Of a DNA stretch of 64,000 bases, positions 1 through 11,885 are shown piece by piece. The stretch is from Eledone cirrhosa (taxonomy: Eukaryota), in NCBI GenBank assembly GCA_964016885.1, contig OZ024740.1, forward strand, positions 220,038,001 to 220,102,000, given 5' to 3'. Position 1 is the first letter of the stretch, and every line of letters begins with the position of its first letter. A program made the position numbers and the translations under genes. A model generated the notes under the pieces. It was not told the origin of the DNA, ran no database searches, and was given only the letters and a program-made list of their open reading frames with translations.

Positions 1-163
1 TACAAGACAATAAAAGTACTTTACTAGAAATCCCATATGTTATAAAATAAATAGGATGGGTTGGGGACTCAATATATAAACTAAAGGACTAATTCTGGTT
101 TAAAAAAAAAAAACAACAAAAACAACATAGAAAAATTACTGGGTGATATACTTAATCTATTAC

Positions 164-297
164 CTGGTTTAACCCTGTCACCTGGCTTGTGTATCTTTAG
201 TGGAGCACATGCTGTTGCTACATTTTGATCAAATCTCCTATACCTCCCTCCTTCTTTACCACCAATTTCAGATGCTATGAAGAAGGTAATGTCCTTC
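164..297 (-). CDS. Candidate internal coding exon of the minus-strand (supervillin-like) gene
   Basis: Minus strand: acceptor GAACAG| at 298-299 and donor CCAG|GTAATA at 162-163. Only one frame is open (KDITFFIASEIGGKEGGRYRRFDQNVATACAPLKIHKPGDRVKP). Its phase-2 entry matches the phase-2 end of the large exon. No homology recognised. Confidence 0.35.
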
Positions 298-759
298 CTG
301 TTCTCATTAAGCAGTAAAAAAAAAATTACTCTAGCCTCACTCCTACTACCCCCCCCCCCCCCACCCCCCCACCCCCCCACACAGCGAAACAGATTTATTT
401 GATATACTTAGTTGTACTTATCTAGCACTGAACTCACCTTTGACACACATAAGCTGTCCAAAGTTATCAGGATATTTATTAGACAATGTGTTAGAAATAT
501 TTCAGATATCAATACTAATGAATTATGTTTTCCAGGTGTTGCTGATTGGATAATTCTGAACCAGGAAGATTACCAAAAGATACTATTTTTCATTAAAATT
601 CTCAGTGTCTTCCTCCACCATAAGCTAATCCCTCTTCTATCAGACATTTCACAAAACAAATTCTTCATAACACAATGTAACGTCAATGCAGTATCTGAGC
701 AATGTAATAAAGTGTCATAGAATTTCAATGTTATTCTTCTATTTTTATTCACTGGTTTC

Positions 760-1020
760 AGTTGTAAGAATGCAGCCATGCTGGAGCACTGCACGTAATG
801 ATTTAATCCATTATATTGACTCCAGTACTTATTTTTCAAGTATGGTCTTATTTTGTTAATCAATTTTTGTCAAAATGCTGAGTTACAGGTCTTAAGCAAC
901 CAGTAAACACAGGTACACACACACATATACAATGAGCTTCCATGCAGTTTACATCAACCAAATTTCATTCACAAAGCAATGGTCAACTCGAGATTTTAGT
1001 AGAAGAAACTTGCCCTAGGA
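760..1020 (-). mobile_element. Degenerate tRNA-SINE, family C (CACAAGGCATTGGTC...TAGTAGAAGACACTTGCCC)
   Basis: The same motif recurs at about 2930-3085, 13220-13560, 18250-18500, 32770-32940, 33650-34020, 34945-35100 and 36320-36820. Confidence 0.6.
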
Positions 1021-3189
1021 CATTGGACAAAGAATTTTGTGGTATTTCTTCTGGCATTTTTTGTTCAGTGTTCAAATCCTGTGAAGGTCAACTTTGCCTT
1101 TCATCATTCCAGGTTTGATAAAATAAAATACCAGTCCACTAGTAGTACTTCGTTTAAGTAACTTTTCCCATACCCAAATCTGTTGGTCTTGGTGTCTAAA
1201 TTAGAAACCGTTATTATTTGCATGCAAACACAAATGTGTAAATGTTCTCTAAATATTGAAGAGCTTTTGAGGGACAGTGTTTAGTATTGGTTTCATGTCA
1301 TTAAGTGGTTGAACGCTAAATCTCTTCTGAATACAATGTTGGTCTAATGTATGTAACCTTAGATCCTCTGAAACCTATTTTTCAAAAGCAAGGTTGTATC
1401 AAGCAATGTCAAATAAAGTGTTCTGCCAAGAAATACAACACAATGCCAGCAGGGCATTCTAACTTGTGATCTTGTGATCAGGTAGTAGTCAAATACCTTT
1501 TTCATATCGACATCTTACCTCTCCATTTAGTATGAAAACAGAAACATCAGTGATAATTAAATTACAAACTCTAGTGACAAAAACGTCATTTTACATATTT
1601 AGACGTACAATTAGTATTTGCCTGTTTATTATATTTAAACTAAGGCGCACCATATTCCTGTGTGTCATAAGAGCTGACTAAAAGTGTTGGTGCCAAGAAG
1701 GGCATCCATCCGTAAAACATTCCCTAAAAAAAGATCACATGATGAGTGTAAAGACTATAGTGAGATCCCCAAGGTTAGTCCTTACTTTAGCAAGTGAAAT
1801 GGCCTTAAAATACTTATGTTTTATTTCTCATCAATAAACTAAATGAGTGTCTGATAAATAAAAACTGTGAATGCTTGCTGTTCTAAGTTATCCCCTAACA
1901 ATCTCATTATGAGTTGTTGTTCCTACCTACTGCTACTCTGATTACTATACTTCCCTTACACCAACCTACATTTAAACATCTGATCTCACCAGGATTTCTT
2001 AACACATGTTTCTATTACCTCATTATCCTTTTATTTCTTTGTTTTATTATTTTTTCACAAACATCATTTATCATTAATTCCCATCTGCCTTCTTAGATCC
2101 AAATTCAGCATTGGGGGCCAACGTTTTGTATTTATATATATTCAGACTTCACATCAAGTAAATCATTTTACTCATCTTATTTCTTTTCCCATTTTTGCAG
2201 AACTTTTTTTTCTTCAGTCATATAAAATTACACTTCTAACATATGTATCACACAGCTTTATCTTTTATATACAGAAAGTTTTTTTTTTTTTAATTGTCAA
2301 CACAGGAACTCCTCAAAGCCCTAAGCAATTATATAATTTAACACTAAAATTGATTCAGTCACTTAACAAAATGTGTCTACAATTTCACTGCCTACTGTAT
2401 GAATTTACTAAGAACATAGGATGTGTTGGTGCATTGGCAAATTGCCATAATTGACCCTATCATCGTTATATAAGCCATGAGTAGCTTTATCTACGCAGTA
2501 TTACATACTGAGTTACATTTTTATTGCCCACCTAACCATAGCTTTTACAATCCAGACGGGTGCAGTGCAGTGTAGTATAGTTTAGTATAGTGTTCATTAC
2601 TGTATATTGCTACAGAAGGAATTTAACAGAGATATACCACATTCTTCTCTGCCTCCTTCTCATTACTTTCGTTGTTTTTATGTCTGCTTTTTCCATACTT
2701 GCATAGATTGGATGAGACTTTTGGAGCCAGTTAGTTTGTGATCAGATACCCTTCCTGATATCAACCTATATGTTATTTTGAATATAGTATATACTGCTGA
2801 TATTTGTTGTAGGATGTATTGTTTATGGTGAACATAAACAAATGTTACCACTTGCTTTTTAAACTGTATCAATATGAAGTTATTTGTGGTGACTGACACA
2901 CATACATACACATGCACACACACACAGAGCTTCCTTACAGTTTCGGTTTACCAGATTCCTTCACAAGGCATTAGTCAGCCCAAGACTATAGTAGAAGACA
3001 CTTGCTCAATGTGTTATGCAGTATGACTGAACCCAAAAGCCCATGGTTCTAAGGCGAACCTCTATAACCATATGGCCATGCCTCTATACTGCATACACAG
3101 AAATTATGATGTTGATTTTTTTTCTTATACATCAACACCGCTACTGCTTTGATAATCATAATAATTACCAATGCTACAATCTTACAATA

Positions 3190-3820
3190 TGCTTCATGCC
3201 AAATGCTGCATGGCTGGAATAAAAATCAGTGCTGCAAAAACTGAGACACTCTTCTTATCAAGACAGCCTGTGCAATGCACTCTATATGTAAATGGAGTTC
3301 CATTGAAGCAGATAGAGAAGTTCAAGTACCTCGGAACCATGTTCATGAGTGATGGAAGGCAAGAAGCTGAATTAAGTGCAAGAATTGCAGGAGCTGGTAA
3401 TGCGCCAGCTTCAGCATTCAGGAGAAGAGAGGTAGGCGTAAAAGCCAAACTTGCTATCTTCAATTCGGTATTCGTGCCAATCCTTACCAATAGTCATGAA
3501 TCTCGTTAGAGTGCATAGCTCGGAGATCAGAAAATCACTCTAGGTAGAGCCACTACTTCACCAAATTGAAGGATCACAGCTCTGATACTATCGGCATGTG
3601 GTTAGAATGTCTCAGGAAAGAATCACTGGACAGATTTTACAGGTAAAAACCAACTGGCAGGAGACTCAGGGGGTAGACCCTGAGCAAGATGGTTGGATAA
3701 TATCAATGAGCTTGCCAGATCAGATGGAGACGGTTGCTTCTGACAGGACCTACTGGAAGGAGTATTTGAGGACTCTGCCCCCACAACCCTCTCAGGAATA
3801 AGTGGGCAATGAAGAAAAAG
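3190..3820 (+). mobile_element. 5'-truncated, decayed RTE-clade LINE (Expander/REX3-like) 3' end
   Basis: Translation KISAAKTE...LKQIEKFKYLG...LAIFNSVFVPILT; ends with the Expander-like LPPQP / CTGCCCCCACAACCC...ATAAGTGG; frameshifted. Confidence 0.75.
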
Positions 3821-4777
3821 ACAATTGTACAAGTAGCCAATTACTAAGTAGAATACAATATTAGCCTTATTGACTATGAAGCTGTCATTTTAAAGATGTG
3901 CCGTGTCATCAGATAAATCATATGAAAATTAAAGAATATAAGACTAAAGAAAATAACTGAAATTAACTTGTAAAAATAAAATTCAATCCAAACCCATTCC
4001 ATATGACATTCTATGAAATTATATACCTAGATCAACAAGTATTGGAAAATAAATAGAAAATAAAACCAATCCTAAATAGGGCAACATGTCAACTAACTGT
4101 GTTCCTCAAAATAGGGACTGAATATTTTATATGCTGAGGGCAATTTTTTTTATTATACTTTTGGTTATCACATTTCTTTCTTAAAGTCATTGTAGTTTCT
4201 ATATAAATAATACTTTCATAAAGCACTGTATTTGATGGTAATTTAAGACCCATGGGCATATAAGAACTTTCCCCATTTCAGCAGGGAATAAAAAGAAAAA
4301 ATGTTTAATGTAATTACAGGTACGCATCTGGTATTATAAAAACATGTAGCTACAGTATAGCATAAAAAAGAAAAAAAAGTTAAAAAATAAATAATAATAT
4401 ATAACAGCATATATAAAAAATAATAATAACTTGTAATTTCTAAGTGAGAGAGCTGAAGCAACTTGGTTATAACAGTAAACATTTTATAAATGGTACCAGT
4501 AGAGATAAGAATACTGGCAAATCAGAAAATCAGACAAAAGGAACAGTGATTTACAGTGTATGAGGTTAGAATACAGTGTCTAGGTAAACCTTAACATACC
4601 AGATTGCTTAATTTCATATATAAGACCCAGATGATATTTTAAAACATTTTTTTTTATTTTAAAAAAAGACTCTTTTATGCTAACAAATATGATATATACT
4701 ATTTATATTTGTATAAGTCACAACCTCTTTGTGTTTATAGAATTTTGGCTTCAGTCTTTGGCCAATACATAAGTATT

Positions 4778-5118
4778 ATCATCATCATCATCATCATCAC
4801 CGTTTTACGTCTGCATGGGTTAGACGGGTTGTCCTGTTGTGGGCAGTGTCCGGTCGGCTGACCATGTCTTGCTCATACGGGAACTGATTCTGGCTTGATT
4901 TCTACAGCTGGATGCCCTTCCTAACACCAACCTCATTTACAGTGAGTGCTGGGTGCTTTTTTTTTGCCGTGGCACCTCCACGACCACTTTGCAGTGGAAT
5001 GATAGGGACCCCAGTCCTATCATCTCATTTCTACAGCTGAGTAAACTGGAGCAATGTGAAATAAAGTGTCTTGCTCAAGGAAACAACACATCACCCTGTC
5101 CGAGAATTGAACTCACAA
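4778..5118 (-). mobile_element. tRNA/CORE-type SINE (family A) with full RTE-derived 3' tail and (GAT)n end
   Basis: Contains the reverse complement of the CORE-like CCTTGAGCAAGACACTTT...CTCAGCTGTAGAAATGAG. The tail matches the 3' UTR of the RTE at 27121-27390. Confidence 0.85.
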
Positions 5119-5168
5119 TTATTATGTTCATAATAATGTTTGCAACTTCATTTACTATTGTCTTTAAA

Positions 5169-5345
5169 TAATGGTTTCTAGTATAGGCACAAGTACATTA
5201 CTGGTGCTTTATTTTATCGACCCCGTAGGGATGAAAGGCAAAGTTAACCTCGGCGGGATTTGAACTCAGATTGTAAAGGGCCGTAACTCTATGCTGCAAA
5301 GCATGTTGTCTGATGCTCTACTGATACTGCTAATCCACCACCCTC
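5169..5345 (-). mobile_element. tRNA/Meta-domain-type SINE (family B)
   Basis: Reverse complement of the B-box GAGTTCAAATCCCGCC plus GTTAACTTTGCCTTTCATCCCTACGGGGTCGATAAAATAAA. Confidence 0.8.
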
Positions 5346-5370
5346 TATAATAATAATAATAATAATAACA

Positions 5371-5617
5371 AAGGTGAAGATGGTGCTGATTTTTGTTGAG
5401 GCCTTGGGAACAATATCAAAAGATATTGCGAGGAACATAAAGAAAATAGGATTAGAGTGTCCAGTAGAGCTATTGCAAAAAGTGTGCCTCCTTGTCATGG
5501 CTGGAATTATAGGGAAAGTACTGGATTATTGAAGAGAAGATACAGCATGCTACCACAAGCTGCTGATAGCAATCCCACTACCCATGCAAGAATCAAGGAG
5601 TTCCAACAAAACCTGAG
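5371..5617 (+). mobile_element. 5'-truncated Dong/R4-clade (REL endonuclease) LINE 3' end in (TAA)n
   Basis: 5371-5532 translates to KVKMVLIFVEALGTISK...IG...ELLQKVCLLVMAGIIGKVLDY*, resembling the R4/Dong C-terminus (VPIVVGALG...LLQKACLLGTARILRKVL). TAA repeats flank both sides. Confidence 0.75.
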
Positions 5618-5674
5618 ATAATAGAATAATAATAAATCATTGAGTTCAACAGGTGTTTTTAATTCGCCATTTCT

Positions 5675-6470
5675 GATTGACTGACATAGTATCGGTAGAG
5701 GGTCGGATGCCATGCTTTGCATCATAGAGTTATGCCCCTTTACGGTCTGAGTTCAAATCCCGCCAAGGTTAACTTTGCCTTTCATCTTTACGGGGTTGAT
5801 AAAATAAAGTACCAGTAATGCACTGGGGTAATTGCTGGCCTTGTGCCAAAAATAGAAACAATTATGTGTAGTATCTGGATTGGCAGTATTGGTAGAGCGC
5901 CAGGCACCATGCTTTGCAGCATAGAGTTATGGCCATTTACGTTCTCAGTTCAAATCCCGCCAAGTTTAACTTTGCCTTTCATCCTTATAGGGTTGATAAA
6001 ATAAAGCACCAGTAATGCACTGGGGTAATTGCTGGCCTTGTGCCAAAAATAGAAACAATTATATGTAGTATCTGGATTGGCAGTATTGGTAGAGCGCCAG
6101 GCACCATGCTTTGCAGCATAGAGTTATGGTCATTTACGTTCTCAGTTCAAATCCCGCCAAGTTTAACTTTGCCTTTCATCCTTATAGGGTTGATAAAATA
6201 AAGCACCAGTAATGCACTGGGGTAATTGCTGGCCTTGTGCCAAAAATAGAAACAATTATATGTAGTATCTGGATTGGCAGTATTGGTAGAGCGCCAGGCA
6301 CCATGCTTTGCAGCATAGAGTTATGGCCATTTACGTTCTCAGTTCAAATCCCGCCAAGTTTAACTTTGCCTTTCATCCTTATAGGGTTGATAAAATAAAG
6401 CACCAGTAATGCACTGGGGTAATTGCTGGCCTGGTGCCAAAAGTAGAAACAATTATGTGTAGCATCTGAT
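5675..6470 (+). repeat. Head-to-tail tandem array of four family-B SINE units, 197-bp period
   Basis: The unit junction GTAGTATCTG/GTAGCATCTG recurs at 5868, 6065, 6262 and 6459; the last three units are nearly identical. Confidence 0.9.
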
Positions 6471-7251
6471 GGGCATTAGAATTACAGCCAGCCAATATAA
6501 AATTGCAAATAGATGTGTTGCATAAGTGGAAGATTTATATATATATAAATTCATGAAACTGCGTTCATCATAAGTGTGTTTCTTTTGTAGGAGAATCGAA
6601 TTCTACTTAAGCAGTTATTTTTGTTTTCTTGCATGACGTAATCAACATATATTTGCTTACAAAGTTGATATTAATACAAACTAACCAACCTAGCATACAC
6701 AATCATTTACTAGAATGCATGGGTGTGTTAGTATGTGCTGTAAATTTCAATCCTTGTACAATGTATGGTAGATAAGGTGCCTGTTTTTTGTTGTTTTCTT
6801 TTTTTGCTTTATGGCTTATCTACTGGTGTACATAGTATATATTCTATAAGAATATATAAAAAAATGACATAATCATCATCCGCTTTCTCTAAATCACACA
6901 CATTTAAACAAACACCAGGTATGCTATTTATATTGTTATTGTTTTTCCCCCCCAACCAGTTTGTACGATCATTCTTTTCAACTTGAAAAAACCTTAGAAA
7001 GTAGGGTGACAGCCCAAATTACGAGTAAATCTGCATATTAGTAATAAAAATGAATCTGCATATTAGTAATAAAAATGAATTGTATGCATGAGGAGAACAA
7101 TCCAGATAACTGTTATTGATTATTCAAATGTTTTAAGGATCTCTTTTTATATTAGAAATAATGCAAATAAGAAATTCAACTCTGAGAAATAATTTTATAA
7201 GAAAAGCCATTGATTATTATAAAGTTTGTATGCTAATAACTTTATGTAAAT

Positions 7252-7497
7252 ATCATCATTATCACTGTTTTACATCCATTCTTCCACACTAGCATGGGTT
7301 AGACGGGTTGTCCTGTTGTGGGCAGTGCCAGGTTGGGTGACCTTGTCTTGCTCATACAGGAACTGATTTTGACTTGATTTGAACAGCTGGATGCTATTCC
7401 TAACACCAACCGCATTTACAGTGAGTGCCGGGCGCTTTTTTTCCACAACCACTTTTCAGGGGGGGGGGGAGGGGGGGAGGGGGTGGGGACATATTGT
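7252..7497 (-). mobile_element. Isolated RTE 3' UTR fragment ending at the G-tract
   Basis: Collinear with 27121-27415, including the G-run followed by CATATTGT. Confidence 0.75.
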
Positions 7498-8153
7498 CAA
7501 TTTCAATTAAACTTCAACTAGACAAAAGTAGTATAGCAAAAATGGACATTATACAATAGCATAAATACAAAATCAAATATAAAAGAGTATGGCTTGGTGT
7601 GTTATATTTTAAAACTCTGTCAAAAAAATGTAACAATTTATAGCACTCACAAATCTGATAATAGACCCAAACCAGATGTGAAATGTAGACGCCCTTTCAA
7701 GCTGCTCATTTTAGAAATCAGTACTAAATACATATGGTTTATGTATGGGTTATGGGTATATACAAAACAGAATATACTAGAAATTCAAACATGAATATGA
7801 CACCTCAAAATCGTAGGCCCATACCAACTAGCCAATCTTCCTCCTGCTGGTCTGTCCTGGCTATGAAGCCCATCAAGCCATGCCAGTATGGAAAAGAAGG
7901 CATAAAACAAGGCTGATGACGAATGTATCAAAGATAAGAAGTATTGGAAATTTCAGTTTAAAACTAATAAGAGTGAAAAATTACGTTTCCAAAATTTGAA
8001 ACGTAATGGAAAGAGTCTAAACTGCTCTAAGTCAAGATTAAATCTGATGTTGAAATCAATAGAAACAGTGAGTTAAAGATGATTTAGATGCATTAAAACT
8101 ATCAATATTTGAAGATTTTAAATGGAAATAGTACTACCATAACAGAAGAGTTC

Positions 8154-8193
<40 letters not shown>

Positions 8194-8270
8194 GTGGTTA
8201 CACAACAGTTAGTTCACCATACCGAGAACAATTGTTTCACCTTAGCGGATCCTCAGCTCGTAATATACGC

Positions 8271-8655
8271 CATGGCTTATTTGTTAGAGCATTGGCCTTG
8301 CAATCAAAAGGTTGTGAGTTCAATTCTCAGACCGGGTGATGTGTTGTTTCCTTGAGCAAGACACTTTATTTCACATTGCTCCAGTTTACTCAGCTGTAGA
8401 AATGAGATGATAGGGACTGGGGTCCCTATCATTCCACTGCAAAGTGGTCGTGGAGGTGCCATGGCAAAAAAAGCACCCAGCCCACATTGTAAAGTGGACG
8501 TGGAGGTGCCACGGGAAAAAAGCACCCAGCACTCACTGTAAATGAGGTTGGTGTTAGGAAGTGCATCCAGCTGTAGAAATCAAGCCAGAATCAGTTCCCG
8601 CCCCACCCTTGCAAGCAAGGAAAAGCGGACGTAAAATGATGATGATGATGATGAT
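8271..8655 (+). mobile_element. Family A tRNA/CORE SINE
   Basis: A/B-box-like head (TGGCTTA..GTTAGAGC; GAGTTCAATTCTC), CORE-like block, RTE-derived tail and (GAT)n. Confidence 0.9.
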
Positions 8656-8774
8656 AAAACGTATATACAAGCATTTTAAGGTCATCCTCCTTGCTAAAGC
8701 AGGGATTAACTTTACAGCGGAAGCACTCATGACAAGCCTCTCCATTTTCCCCTATCATCTGCATCCTCCACACT

Positions 8775-9370
8775 AAGCCCCATGGCTTTCATTTCTTCCC
8801 CCATCATTTTTTAGCCATAACTTTCTTTGTTTTCCCATTCCTCCACTTTCACATTCATTTTCTTCACATTCATCCTTCCCCAAGAAATGACCCAACCACC
8901 TCATTCCATTTCTCTTCACAATAATCATCACTGGTTCTATTCCCAACATCCTCTGCAATCCATTGTCTTCTCTCTGACCATTATTCTACTCATCCACCAG
9001 GCCATTACTCCTCTTATCCACCGGACCGTTACTCCACTCATCCACCAGACCATTCTTATTTCATTTCTTTTCAGACTTCTCTATTGCCCATATTCATCAC
9101 CCATGTCTCACTCCCATAAATCATGGCAATTTTCACATGCGACATACTCCTTTCCTTTCAGTTTCAGTGACACTTCTCTCTGTATTAGCATACCACTCAG
9201 TTCCTGGAACTTCTTCCATGTTCATCTCACTCTAAATAATGTTGCAGAGCCTGATCTACCCTCTCCATTCCACATGTCTCCAAGGTAACAAGATATTTTC
9301 ACACCTTCCATCTTCACACCATTCCCAAGAACTAGCTCAACATTCTCCCCATCTGCAGCTCCTTCCATAC
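8775..9370 (-). mobile_element. Highly decayed LINE (RTE-like) ORF2 3' fragment
   Basis: Minus-strand remnants VKRNGMRWLGHFLGKD...GGMGKQRKLW, resembling the RLRWFGHV...GRPRKTW motif. Confidence 0.5.
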
Positions 9371-9614
9371 ACACTTAACACTTAAATGTAGCTGCATATA
9401 TCCAGTTTGTAATATGTACACCATATTTCTGCATGTTGTAAGATGCAACTAAAAGAGTTGGCACTAGGATGGGTATCTGACCATAAAACAATGCCTCAAA
9501 AAGGACCTCATGACAAGTATAAAAATATACATCATGTATATGCACACACATATACATATATTGTAAGAAATTAAATTGAAAAATACTAAAGTATAGTAGC
9601 CAGAATAATAAGAA

Positions 9615-10030
9615 AAATTTCAGAGAGCTATTACCTTTGTTGGCAACAAAGATATTCTCTCTCTTAGCAGGGGTAGATTGTATGATGTCTGTGTAAGTAA
9701 TACAATGCTGTATGGCAGTGAGACATGGACATTGAACATAAAAGATATGTGAAGACTAGAAATAAAAGAATCAAGCATGCTCCTATGGGTGTACAATATT
9801 AGTGTGTATAAATGATGAAACACAGATGAGTTGAATGAAAAACTGAGTGTAGGAGATATTAGATGTAGTGTGCAAGGGAAAAGATTGAGGAGGCATTGAC
9901 ACATTATGGCTGTTGAGTGAAGATAAGGTAGAAGTAGAGAGGAGGAAACTAAGACAGAGATGGAAAGAGCAGATCCAAAAACACAGAACCTGAAAAAGGA
10001 GACAACAAAGGAAAGATACAAATGAAGGTA
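9615..10030 (+). mobile_element. Decayed RTE LINE fragment related to the 16-kb and 28-kb family
   Basis: [17 protein letters not shown]...GRLYDVCV..TMLYGSETWTL homology to the young RTE copies; many disablements. Confidence 0.75.
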
Positions 10031-11004
10031 AGCTCTGCTGGAAAGAACTCATCAAACCTATGGGAAAGTGGATGCAAAAATGATACAACTAGCATTTTTA
10101 AGGCCATTTCCCATCTGTTAGGACAAGGGTTAGCCTTGAGGGTCCTATGGCAGACTTCACTTTGCCCTCTGCTCTATATTCCCCACTTATGTAAAAATGA
10201 TGAAGTTAATTGACACTAAGACATGGTAGAAAATTATACCGTAAAACTGCTGACACATTACTGAGTTCTTGCATTCTTACATAACCAGACAGTCATTTAG
10301 TTCCAACAAAATTTTACACCTATATAAGTAATGACTTAATTAATTCTTTACTAACTATCTTGACTGCTCTGCTTTACTCCCTGCTACTTATTACACCATT
10401 ATCACTGCTATCAATTCACTCTATCAGTAATCAACTTCTGGCACTGTTCAAATTATCTCTTACATGTTAAATAGCAGCTCACTATTTAAGAGCCTCTGTT
10501 CACCTCAATCATCTCTTATACTCCAAATAATTGTAAATGTGTCACTAACACAAGTACATCACACACACTCTCCCTCCCTCTCTCCCTCACAAACACACAC
10601 ACATAATTCATTAGCAAAATGGTACAAATGTAGTCAAAGGATTGTTCTCCTCATGCATACAATTCATTTTTATTACTAATATGCAGATTTGTTCATATAT
10701 AAAAAAAAAATGTTAACACATTTTATAGCAGCAGCAGTAGTGACAGTAGGTAAGGGTGATGATGATAATGATACACAGCTAAAAAAGAAATCAATGTATG
10801 TATGTTCTAAATGGTTAATATGACTCAAGCACAATGTATTTGCTTTAGTTTCAATACATGGTGTAAACAGCTCAAATCACTTACAAAACAAGTACCACAA
10901 AAGAATATTATCTTCCTCAAAATATACAATAACACAAACTCAGATATACACACATACAAACATTGACTTTGTTGATTTAACCCTTTCATTACCATTCTTT
11001 TATT

Positions 11005-11384
11005 ACATGGCTTAGTGGTTAGAGCATTGGCCTTGCAATCGAAAGGTTGTGAGTTCAATTCTCAGACCGGGCGATGTGTTGTTTCCTTGAGCAAGACACT
11101 TTATTTCACATTGCTCTAGTTTACTCAGCTGTAGAAATGAGATGATAGGGACTGGGGTCCCTATCATTCCACTGCAAAGTGATCATGGAGGTGCCACGGT
11201 AAAAAAGCACCCAGCCCACACTGTAAAGCGGACGTGTAGGCACCACGGAAAAAAAGCACCCAGCACTCACTGTAAATGAAGTTGGTGTTAGGAAGGGCAT
11301 CCAGCTGTAGAAATCAAGACAGAATCAGTTCCCGTCCCACCCTTGCAAGCAGGGAAAAGCGGACGTAAAATGATGATAATGATG
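11005..11384 (+). mobile_element. Family A tRNA/CORE SINE
   Basis: Near-identical to the 8271 and 36401 copies. Confidence 0.9.
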
Positions 11385-11547
11385 TCTATGATTTACAAAT
11401 AATCTTGAAAATAATCAAGAATTTGGAGTGATTTTGTAATATAACTAACCTTCTCAATAAGCTGATGCTTGGAAAATAAGTTTAACAAATGTTCTTATAT
11501 AAAACTATGATGGAATGAAGATTTATAGATAGATATAAACACTTTAA

Positions 11548-11885
11548 TGCGGTGAATTTGGCAGAGTCGTTACAATGTCAGATAGAATGCTTTGTGGTTT
11601 CCATTCTGGCTCTCTGCACTCTGAGTTCAAATCTCACCAAGGTCAACTTTCTCTTTCATCCTTTCAAGGTCGATAAAAAAGTACTAGTTTAATACTGGAT
11701 TTGATTCTTCCTCTATAACTCTTTCTCACTTCCTTTCTATCACTCTCTATCCTTCTCTGAAAAAAATCTCCTATATTCAGACCTGGAGAGGAGATGGGCT
11801 CTGCCAGGTGTTTTTAAAATGCCCAAGAAATACCATATGTCAATACGGCACCCCTACAACTCTCTCAGGAATTATGGAACCATAC
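11548..11885 (+). mobile_element. Family B2 SINE (Meta-type head with a long alternative tail)
   Basis: Head as family B; tail TTCAGACCTGGAGAGGAG...AAAATGCCC...GGCACCCCTAC is shared with 34600-34860, 48568-48890, 53750-54020 (-) and 60901-61080. Confidence 0.7.
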
